Positions 1-6,930 of a stretch of DNA of 32,000 bases are shown piece by piece. This stretch comes from Mycolicibacterium smegmatis (GTDB lineage Bacteria; Actinomycetota; Actinomycetes; Mycobacteriales; Mycobacteriaceae): contig NZ_LN831039.1 of the NCBI RefSeq assembly GCF_001457595.1, positions 1,170,001 through 1,202,000 of the forward strand. The letters are read 5' to 3'. Position 1 is the stretch's first letter. Each line of letters opens with the position of its first letter. Below the pieces are notes generated by a model, which searched no databases, was not told the DNA's origin, and saw nothing but the letters and a program-made list of their open reading frames with translations. The position numbers and the translations under genes were made by a program.

Positions 1-185
1 CCACTGCTCCGTCGCTCATGACGCTCACCAACCGACTCATGAAGGCCCACCACAGGATTCGCGAGCTCGAAGCCAGCGAGGCCGAGCTGCGCGAGAAAAC
101 CAAGGTGCTCTGCGCCGTCATCGCCAAACTCACCACCGAGGTGCAGTCGCGTTCGGATGCCGAGCCGGTCATGGAGGACGCCTGA
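1..185 (+). CDS. 3' end of an unidentified CDS, 5'-truncated by the window edge. Last 60 codons read ...TLTNRLMKAHHRIRELEASEAELREKTKVLCAVIAKLTTEVQSRSDAEPVMEDA, which looks coiled-coil-like.
   Basis: Frame 3 is open from position 3 to the TGA at 183-185. Third codon positions are strongly G/C biased, as in the confident genes of this window. The stop shares its A with the next ATG (TGATG). Absent from the ORF track only because it has no in-window start. Confidence 0.6.
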   Translation, partial: TAPSLMTLTNRLMKAHHRIRELEASEAELREKTKVLCAVIAKLTTEVQSRSDAEPVMEDA

Positions 186-325
186 TGACCGCCGAACTGT
201 CGACAACCGACCAGACGCTCGGGATCGATCCCGATGCGGTGGACCGCCTCCTTCTCATCGCCCTTCAGCGATGGGAGTCCGATGGAGGTGCCGTCCCCCC
301 TCGAATGGTCCGACAACACGAATGA
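185..325 (+). CDS. Candidate small protein, 46 aa (MTAELSTTDQTLGIDPDAVDRLLLIALQRWESDGGAVPPRMVRQHE), function unknown
   Basis: ATG at 185-187 overlaps the upstream stop (TGATG). TGA at 323-325 lies 9 nt before the GTG of the next gene and runs into its GAGGAG Shine-Dalgarno. It exactly fills the gap between two confident CDSs. G/C third-position bias is only moderate and I recognise no homology. Confidence 0.3.
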   Translation: MTAELSTTDQTLGIDPDAVDRLLLIALQRWESDGGAVPPRMVRQHE

Positions 326-334
326 GGAGACCAC

Positions 335-1462
335 GTGGACGTTTTGGAACGACTCGACCTCGACACCGTCCGAGAACTGTCGCAGCGGACCGACAGGCTG
401 GGAGTGGTGTCGCTGTACTTCAATGCCGACCCTACCCAGAACCTGCAGGTGCAGGCCATCGATCTGAGAAACCGATACCGGTTGTTACATCGCCGCATGG
501 AAGCCGATGGCTCCCAACGCTATCGGGACGTCGCCGCAGCGCTGGAGCGCCGCAGGCCGCTCATCGAGACCCTGATCACCGGAGTCGCGTCGGGCCGCGG
601 GCGCATCATGTTCATCGGGTTGGACGGCGACTGGACCGTGCACTTCGAGTGTATGATGCCGGTGACCAACCGTGTGGTGCTCGACGACGGCCCTTTCATC
701 CACCCGCTGGTGGAAGTTCTCGACGAAGGCCGCCCGGCCGGCGTCGTGGTGATCTCCGCCGACGATGCGCGGTTGCTGGAATGGCGCCTGGGCCAGCTGC
801 AGGAGATCAGTCGCATCGCGCAGCCGTTCGGTCAGGCGCCGCACGAGCGGGCCGGCCAGATGCGCGAACAGCGCCAGGCCCGCGAGCGTGACGGCATGCA
901 GCGATTCGTGACCCAGGTGACCGCGACCGCGACGGATCTCGCCGAGGAGCGTGGGTGGGAACGGATCGTGGTCAGTGGCGGGCAACGCTGGACCGAGCCG
1001 GCCAAGACGAGGTTCGGTCCTCCGCTGCGCGGCAAGGTGCTGGTGGACCGGGGCCTCGGCGGCCTCGACGACGCTGCGCTGACGGCCGCCGTCACCGCGC
1101 GTCTGCACCGGCAGCACAAGTACGACGAACAGCAACTGCTCGACTACTTGTGTGACGCCGGCGGGACCGGTGATGTCGCACTGGGCCTGTCCGAGGTCGC
1201 CGCCGCACTGAACGCAGGCAGGGTCGACCATCTGGTGTACGACCCGGCCGTGCGCTACGTGGGGTCCGTGGGTGCCGACGGGTCGCTGTACGCCGACGGT
1301 GAGATCGCGCCGCACAGTCACGCGGCGACGAAGGACTCCCGATTCACCGAGCGCCTCGTCGACCGGGCATTGGCCACCGGCGCGAGGATCAGCCCGGTGG
1401 AGGGCGCGGCCGGTGCGGTGCTGAAGGACGCCGCAGGCGTCGCGGCGGTGCTGCGCTGGTGA
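335..1462 (+). CDS. eRF1/Pelota-fold protein (bacterial-archaeal eRF1-like, baeRF; Vms1/Ankzf1-type putative peptidyl-tRNA hydrolase), 375 aa
   Basis: GTG start with GAGGAG at 325-330. By-eye collinearity with eRF1 M and C domains: VVVISADDARLLEW vs GFIVMDGSGALFGTL; HERAGQMREQRQARERDGMQRFVTQV vs [26 protein letters not shown] (AGQ at nt 851-859); RIVVSGGQ vs GLVLAGSA; C-terminal GVAAVLRW vs GIGGILRY. Confidence 0.75.
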   Translation: MDVLERLDLDTVRELSQRTDRLGVVSLYFNADPTQNLQVQAIDLRNRYRLLHRRMEADGSQRYRDVAAALERRRPLIETLITGVASGRGRIMFIGLDGDWTVHFECMMPVTNRVVLDDGPFIHPLVEVLDEGRPAGVVVISADDARLLEWRLGQLQEISRIAQPFGQAPHERAGQMREQRQARERDGMQRFVTQVTATATDLAEERGWERIVVSGGQRWTEPAKTRFGPPLRGKVLVDRGLGGLDDAALTAAVTARLHRQHKYDEQQLLDYLCDAGGTGDVALGLSEVAAALNAGRVDHLVYDPAVRYVGSVGADGSLYADGEIAPHSHAATKDSRFTERLVDRALATGARISPVEGAAGAVLKDAAGVAAVLRW

Positions 1463-1509
1463 GTCCGGCCGTAATCCGCAGGGCCGCAACGTCGCACCCG
1501 GGTGACGGC

Positions 1510-1521
1510 CGACACGTGTCG
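1510..1521. promoter_or_regulatory. Perfect 12-bp palindrome CGACACGTGTCG upstream of tspO; candidate operator
   Basis: Exact self-complementarity read in the sequence. It ends 30 nt before the tspO ATG (1552), inside the 89-bp intergenic region. Confidence 0.3.
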
Positions 1522-1551
1522 AAAAGGCGTACAGCGGGTACTAGTTGACGC

Positions 1552-2037
1552 ATGCGACCGATCACCTTGGCCAAGACAGCATCTGCAGTAATCGCGACGG
1601 GAGTCGTCGGCGGGCTCGCGAGCCGCGGGTCACAGACTGCCTGGTATCAGTCGCTGCGCAAGCCGTCGTTCCAGCCGCCGCCTGCGGCGTTCCCGATCGC
1701 GTGGAACCTGCTGTACGCCGATATCGCGTCGACGTCGGCCCACACCATCGACAAGTTCCAGGAGCAGAACCGTGACGACAAGGCCCGCGCCTATTCGGTG
1801 GCTTTGGCCGCCAACCTGATCCTCAATGCGAGCTGGTCGTGGATCTTCTTCAACCGCGGCAAGCTCGGCACCGCTGCCATCGCGGCCGGGGCGCTCGCGG
1901 CCAGCAGCGCCGACCTCACCCGTCGTGCGGTCGACGCGCAGGGCGCACGCGGTGCGATCCTCGCGCCCTACCCGCTGTGGTGCACGTTCGCGACGGTGCT
2001 CTCGACGCGGATCTGGATGCTCAACCGCAAGCGCTGA
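1552..2037 (+). CDS. tspO: TspO/MBR family tryptophan-rich sensory protein, 161 aa
   Basis: Family signature WYQSLRKPSFQPPPAAFPIAWNLLY, then NASWSWIFF and PYPLWCTFATVL. About five hydrophobic segments and typical length. Confidence 0.9.
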   Translation: MRPITLAKTASAVIATGVVGGLASRGSQTAWYQSLRKPSFQPPPAAFPIAWNLLYADIASTSAHTIDKFQEQNRDDKARAYSVALAANLILNASWSWIFFNRGKLGTAAIAAGALAASSADLTRRAVDAQGARGAILAPYPLWCTFATVLSTRIWMLNRKR

Positions 2038-2062
2038 GTTCCCCTGCATGAGTTCCCCGCAT

Positions 2063-2118
2063 CGAGCGTGCGTCCAGGGCGGAATCCGAGCCGGATCTCC
2101 GCCACTGGCGCACGCTCG
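2063..2118. terminator. Long compound hairpin (about 24 bp paired, 5-nt loop) between convergent tspO and menJ. Probable bidirectional terminator without a U-tract.
   Basis: Outer stem cgagcgtgcg (2063-2072) pairs with cgcacgctcg (2109-2118). Inner stems ccag/ctgg, ggcgga/tccgcc and atcc/ggat carry single-nt bulges; loop is gagcc. It ends 2 nt before the menJ stop codon. Confidence 0.55.
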
Positions 2119-2120
2119 AA

Positions 2121-3350
2121 TCAGCTGAACGGCACCCGCTGATCGATCCGCCGCGACGCCAGGCCCGCGGTGCGCCACACGCGAGCGATCCAGTCGGCGT
2201 CCTCGTCGGTCACCAGGTTGCCCATCACCCGGACCGCGATGGTCATCAACGTCGCCGACCGCATCGCCACAGGCCCGGTGACCTGCAGGAAGCGCGGCAG
2301 CGTCAGCAGCAACGCGAGCCTGCGCGCCACCGAGAACCCGCGCGCGTAGTGCTCCTGCAGCAGCGTCGGCCAGGCCGAGGAGTAGTCGGTCACGCCGCCG
2401 GAGGTCATGAGTTCGGCGGCCAGCCGTCCTGTCTCCAGCCCGTAGTCGATGCCCTCGCCGTTGAGCGGGTTGACGCATGCCGCGGCGTCGCCGATCAGCA
2501 TCCAGTTGGGCCCGGCGACGCCCGAGACCGCGCCACCCATCGGTAGCAGCGCCGACAGTCCGGCGCGCGGTTCGCCGACCAGACCCCACTCCTCGCGGCG
2601 CAGGTCGGCGTAATAGGACATAAGTGGCCGCAGGGCCGCATCGGCAGGACGCTTCGCGGTCGCAAGCGCGCCGACGCCGATGTTCACCTCGCCGTTGCCC
2701 AGCGGGAACATCCAGCCGTACCCGGGTAGCACCTTGCCCTCGGGGGAGCGCAGTTCGAGGTGCGACGTGATCCAGGGCTCGGACGCGCGGGGGCTCGCGA
2801 TGTAGCCGCGGATCGCCACGCCGTACACGGTCTCCCTGTGCCAGGTACGGCCCAGCACGCGGCCCAGCGTCGAACGCGCGCCGTCGGCCACGATGAGCTG
2901 CGCGCAACCGACGGTGTTGCCGTCGTCGAGCACCACGGCGTCCACGCGGCCGCTCGAATCATGGGTCACATCAACGACTTTGGTGCCCAGCATCATCTTG
3001 GCGCCGTCGTCGGCGGCGACCGAGCGGATCCGGTCGTCGAGTTCGGTACGCGGCACCGCGCTGCTTGTCGCGGGGAATGACGGACCCGGCCACGGAATCT
3101 CGACGTCGGCGCCGAACCCCGACATGCGCAGCCCGTGGTGGCGGATGCGGGTGTCCAGCCACGAAGCCATCCCGAGGCGCTGCAGTTCGGCCACGGCACG
3201 CGGCGTCAGCCCGTCCCCGCACGCCTTGTCACGGGGAAACTGCGCGGCGTCGACCACGACCACGTCGCGACCTGCGCGTGCGGCCCATGCCGCGGCAGCC
3301 GAACCAGCCGGTCCGGCTCCGACGACGACCACATCCGCTCGGGTGTTCAT
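2121..3350 (-). CDS. menJ: Geranylgeranyl-reductase-family flavoprotein, MenJ-like menaquinone isoprenoid reductase, 409 aa
   Basis: Start MNTRADVVVVGAGPAGSAAAAWAARAGRDVVVVD carries the GxGxxG FAD fold; DKACGDGLTPRAV motif follows. Length and divergent pairing with grcC1 followed by htpX match my recollection of Rv0561c-Rv0562-Rv0563. The 664-aa track ORF is an artefactual upstream extension. Confidence 0.85.
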   Translation of the reverse strand: MNTRADVVVVGAGPAGSAAAAWAARAGRDVVVVDAAQFPRDKACGDGLTPRAVAELQRLGMASWLDTRIRHHGLRMSGFGADVEIPWPGPSFPATSSAVPRTELDDRIRSVAADDGAKMMLGTKVVDVTHDSSGRVDAVVLDDGNTVGCAQLIVADGARSTLGRVLGRTWHRETVYGVAIRGYIASPRASEPWITSHLELRSPEGKVLPGYGWMFPLGNGEVNIGVGALATAKRPADAALRPLMSYYADLRREEWGLVGEPRAGLSALLPMGGAVSGVAGPNWMLIGDAAACVNPLNGEGIDYGLETGRLAAELMTSGGVTDYSSAWPTLLQEHYARGFSVARRLALLLTLPRFLQVTGPVAMRSATLMTIAVRVMGNLVTDEDADWIARVWRTAGLASRRIDQRVPFS

Positions 3351-3359
3351 GGTTCCCAG

Positions 3360-3365
3360 TATGTT
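3360..3365 (+). promoter_or_regulatory. Candidate -10 hexamer TATGTT for a leaderless grcC1 transcript
   Basis: Fits the mycobacterial TANNNT -10. Six nt separate it from the G of the GTG start at 3372, and there is no room or sequence for a Shine-Dalgarno in the 21-bp menJ-grcC1 gap. Confidence 0.3.
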
Positions 3366-3371
3366 GGCAGA

Positions 3372-4379
3372 GTGAGTACCCCAGCGACCGTGGTGGCAGG
3401 CGTTGACTTCGGCGATCCGGCATTCGCCGCCGACGTCCGCGACGGTGTGGCCCGTATCGAGGACCTGATGTCCGATGAGCTGGGCAAAGCCGACGAGTTG
3501 ATGGCCGAGGCCGTCCAGCACCTGTTCCAGGCCGGTGGCAAACGCTTCCGCCCGCTGTTCACGGTCCTGTCGGCGCAACTCGGCCCTGAACCGGACGCCT
3601 GGCAGGTCACGGTGGCCGGCGCGGTCATCGAACTCGTGCACCTCGCGACGCTGTACCACGACGACGTCATGGACGAGGCGCAGATGCGCCGCGGTGCGCA
3701 GAGCGCCAACGCACGCTGGGGCAACAACATCGCGATCCTCGCCGGCGACTACCTGTTCGCCACGGCGTCGCGACTCGTGTCCCGTCTGGGTCCCGACGCG
3801 GTGCGTGTGATTGCTGACACATTTGCTCAGCTGGTCACCGGCCAGATGCGGGAGACACGCGGCGCGGCCGACCACGTCGACTCCGTCGACCACTACCTCA
3901 AGGTCGTCTACGAGAAGACCGCGTGCCTGATCGCGGCCTCGGGCCGGTTCGGTGCGACGTTCTCCGGCGCCAACGACGAGCAGATCGAGCGGCTGAGCCG
4001 GCTCGGCGGCATCGTCGGCACGGCGTTCCAGATCGCCGACGACATCATCGACATCGACAGCGACCCCGACGAGTCCGGCAAGACGCCCGGCACCGACCTG
4101 CGTGAAGGCGTTCACACCCTGCCGGTGCTGTACGCGCTGCGCGAGACCGGACCTGACGCCGACCGGCTGCGTGAACTGCTGGCCGGTCCCATCGAGCGCG
4201 ACGAGGACGTGGCCGAGGCCCTGGCGCTGCTGCGCAGGTCACCGGGGCTGACCAAGGCCAAGGAGACCGTCGCGTCGTACGCGGCGCAGGCCCGCGAAGA
4301 GCTTTCCCACCTGCCGGAGTGCCCGGGCCGTCAGGCGCTCGCGGTGCTCGTGGACTACACGATCAGCCGGGAAGGCTGA
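3372..4379 (+). CDS. grcC1: Polyprenyl diphosphate synthase (trans-isoprenyl diphosphate synthase), 335 aa
   Basis: Both aspartate-rich motifs are present: LYHDDVMDE and FQIADDIIDID. The in-frame GTG at 3372 gives 335 aa, the size I recall for Rv0562. The track start at 3135 would overlap menJ by more than 200 nt. Confidence 0.9.
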   Translation: MSTPATVVAGVDFGDPAFAADVRDGVARIEDLMSDELGKADELMAEAVQHLFQAGGKRFRPLFTVLSAQLGPEPDAWQVTVAGAVIELVHLATLYHDDVMDEAQMRRGAQSANARWGNNIAILAGDYLFATASRLVSRLGPDAVRVIADTFAQLVTGQMRETRGAADHVDSVDHYLKVVYEKTACLIAASGRFGATFSGANDEQIERLSRLGGIVGTAFQIADDIIDIDSDPDESGKTPGTDLREGVHTLPVLYALRETGPDADRLRELLAGPIERDEDVAEALALLRRSPGLTKAKETVASYAAQAREELSHLPECPGRQALAVLVDYTISREG

Positions 4380-4408
4380 TCAGGAACCCAAACGGGTTGC
4401 TGGGCGTT

Positions 4409-4428
4409 TAACTGTCGAGTAACTGTCG
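4409..4428 (+). promoter_or_regulatory. Tandem direct repeat TAACTGTCG-AG-TAACTGTCG (11-bp period) upstream of htpX; candidate regulator binding site
   Basis: Two exact 9-mers at 4409-4417 and 4420-4428, lying 38-57 nt upstream of the htpX ATG. Confidence 0.35.
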
Positions 4429-4453
4429 GGGACATTTCCCAGTTTCTAGCTGA

Positions 4454-5353
<900 letters not shown>

Positions 5354-5388
5354 GTCTGGTTGCACCCGGGGTTCTCTCGCTTTTTTGC

Positions 5389-5431
5389 ACCGCGAGCGAG
5401 CGTGGTTGCTCCGCAACACGCCGCTCGCGGT
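5389..5431 (+). terminator. 19-bp-stem hairpin 36 nt after the htpX stop; probable htpX terminator with a weak U-tract
   Basis: accgcgagcg (5389-5398) pairs with cgctcgcggt (5422-5431). Inner stem gcgtg(g)ttgc/gcaacacgc, loop tcc. A T6 run lies immediately upstream (5381-5386). Confidence 0.5.
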
Positions 5432-5441
5432 CGGCATTTGA

Positions 5442-5683
5442 CGCACGCTCGTGATGCCTGAGCGTGCGCACAGGTTCGCGACGCCCGTGCGAGCCCACGT
5501 CTTTCACTGCTCGTAACGCAGTGGCGGCCGCGAGCGCGTTTTTCCGCCGTGGCGTTACGAGCGGCGTACCCGGACTGGGTGCGGGATCGCGAGCGGATTC
5601 CACGCACGCTCACCGCGGTCGAACGTGCGCGCGCTTGCTGCCCCGCACGGAGTGTCGGGCAGCAGACGCGCACGTTCGCGGTG
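5442..5683. repeat. Three further large inverted repeats (hairpins) in non-coding DNA; REP-like or structured-RNA candidates
   Basis: Second hairpin: cgcacgctc 5442-5450 / gagcgtgcg 5460-5468. Third: ctcgtaacgc 5510-5519 / gcgttacgag 5552-5561, plus ggcgg/ccgcc. Fourth: cgaacgtgcgcg 5620-5631 / cgcgcacgttcg 5667-5678, with inner tgctgccc 5636-5643 / gggcagca 5657-5664 and outer caccg/cggtg. Confidence 0.5.
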
Positions 5684-5918
5684 CCGGGGCGAGCGTCGGA
5701 GGGTCCTCAGCAACCGCGAATTTGTCGAGTTCGCCGCGGCGGAGAATGGGCGCCTGAATTCACCCGGATATCTTCACAACCGGACCGTGCTTACAAAGTC
5801 TGCCCGCGCTACTCGGCGGCGCGAGTGGCGACCATGACGTCGCCCATGCTCACAGTGGTTCTGCCAGTGTGGATTCCGAGACCAGACCGACGCGCGTCTC
5901 CCGATGCGAGGCGCCCGC

Positions 5919-5967
5919 CCAAACATATGAATTCCCTATGACTCTCATGTCGAATTGAAATGTTTGG
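5919..5967. repeat. AT-rich imperfect 49-bp palindrome upstream of the small secreted-protein gene
   Basis: ccaaacat (5919-5926) pairs with atgtttgg (5960-5967). Inner gaattc/gaattg arms and a central atgactctcat. It sits in the lowest-GC stretch of this part of the window, 82-130 nt before ATG 6049. Confidence 0.35.
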
Positions 5968-6048
5968 TTCCGCTATGAACTTCTGGCCCCCAGCTAATTG
6001 CCTTCATACGCTGAAATCACATTCAGCCAGAAAAGAAAGGCAATTCCG

Positions 6049-6348
6049 ATGCGAACCACAATCATCGCCACAGTTACCGCAGGTCTCGCCATGGCCGGCA
6101 TGGCACTCGCCGGCGGTGCCGCGGCCGCACCCACAGGCGACACGTCGGCAGACCAGACCATCCGGCAACTGCAGTCCGAGGGCTACCGCGTCATCCAGAC
6201 CAGGGTGGGCAACAAATCGAGCGCCAACTGCTCGGTGAGCGCGGTCCGGCCGGGTCGTGACGTCACCGAACTGAGGGAGTCGACGCGCGGCAACACCGAG
6301 GAGTTCGTCCGCTACACGACCGTGTACGTCGACCTCAAATGCGACTGA
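6049..6348 (+). CDS. Small secreted protein of unknown function, 99 aa, signal peptide, 2 Cys
   Basis: ATG at 6049 is preceded by GAAAGG about 9 nt upstream. The N-terminus MRTTIIATVTAGLAMAGMALAGGAAAAP looks like a Sec signal peptide. The mature part has Cys in ANCSV and LKCD. The track start at 5998 lacks a ribosome-binding site and would bury the signal peptide. Confidence 0.6.
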   Translation: MRTTIIATVTAGLAMAGMALAGGAAAAPTGDTSADQTIRQLQSEGYRVIQTRVGNKSSANCSVSAVRPGRDVTELRESTRGNTEEFVRYTTVYVDLKCD

Positions 6349-6394
6349 CACGAGACCGCTGGCCCGGCGCATGGGGCCGGGTTAGGGTAGCGGC

Positions 6395-6919
6395 GTGCTG
6401 AGCAGACTGCTGGTTGGACTGGCAAGCGCCGCGGGGGCGGCAGTGATGAGCGTTCCTGGCGTCGCCGCGGCTGATCCGCAGGCCGATCCACCGCCACCCA
6501 CGGTTCCCAACGTCAACGCGTATCCGCCGGTCAAGACCTCGGAGTACGCCGTGATGGACAACAACTGGTACGCCTTCAGCATCGGCGAAGGCATCACGTG
6601 CGTCCTGCAGCGCACCGGCAGCTACGGGTGCAGCGGGCCCATCCCCGCCGCACCCAACGGCGCCAACCTGGTCAGCGGCGGTCCGGGCGTGCCCGGCTTC
6701 GCGAGCTCGCCCGCACCGGTGTTCGCCGTCGTCAGCGACGCCAAGCCGCTGCCGCCGAACACCCGCCTGAGCTATCAGACGATCAGCTGCGGCTTCGATG
6801 GCGTGACGACGGCGTGCATCGATGGACGCAACCAGGCGGGCTTCGTGATCAGCCCGACCGGAAGCTTCGTCATCGGTCAGCAGGAATCGGATTTCAAGCC
6901 GACCTTCCAGATCGGCTGA
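6395..6919 (+). CDS. Secreted protein of unknown function, 174 aa, signal peptide, Pro-rich linker, 4 Cys
   Basis: GTG start. Signal-like N-terminus MLSRLLVGLASAAGAAVMSVPGVAAADP. Two Cys pairs (ITCVLQRTGSYGC and ISCGFDGVTTAC). G/C third-position bias is good. Confidence 0.65.
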   Translation: MLSRLLVGLASAAGAAVMSVPGVAAADPQADPPPPTVPNVNAYPPVKTSEYAVMDNNWYAFSIGEGITCVLQRTGSYGCSGPIPAAPNGANLVSGGPGVPGFASSPAPVFAVVSDAKPLPPNTRLSYQTISCGFDGVTTACIDGRNQAGFVISPTGSFVIGQQESDFKPTFQIG

Positions 6920-6930
6920 GTCAGCCGATC
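6910..6930. terminator. Perfect 10-bp inverted repeat containing both stop codons of the convergent genes
   Basis: gatcggctga (6910-6919), g, tcagccgatc (6921-6930). The + gene ends Q-I-G-stop and the - gene ends G-I-G-stop on the two arms. Confidence 0.4.

Noticed and set aside
977-985. A literal GGQ tripeptide (residues 215-217) in the eRF1-like protein, as possible catalytic motif
   Set aside because: By collinearity with eRF1 it falls on the LVLAGSA strand of the central domain, not on the catalytic loop. The loop equivalent is HERAGQ at residues 170-175 (nt 842-859).
485-1489. Long ORFs on the strand opposite confident genes or out of frame with them. Examples: 485-1489(-), 1630-2907(-), 7329-8549(+), 8622-9596(+), 10268-11098(+), 11761-12807(-), 13512-14408(-), 15257-16255(-), 25831-27105(-), 27057-28244(-), 29375-30829(-).
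   Set aside because: These are typical shadow ORFs of a high-GC genome. Their translations are dominated by Arg/Gly/Pro/His/Asp runs with no recognisable motifs. Each fully overlaps a gene with clear family signatures and proper G/C third-position bias.
2121-4115. 664-aa track ORF suggesting a much longer MenJ-like protein
   Set aside because: The first roughly 255 residues are the antisense translation of grcC1 and are low-complexity. The FAD-binding fold begins right after the internal Met (MNTRADVVVVGAGPAG), giving the expected 409 aa with the start at 3350.
5442-5941. Possible CRISPR array or protein-coding genes in the htpX-downstream gap (track ORFs 5464-5757, 5549-5941, 5625-5837)
   Set aside because: The repeats are inverted, differ from one another and are irregularly spaced, so this is not a CRISPR array. 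The ORFs are Arg-rich, have no ribosome-binding sites and run straight through the hairpin arms.
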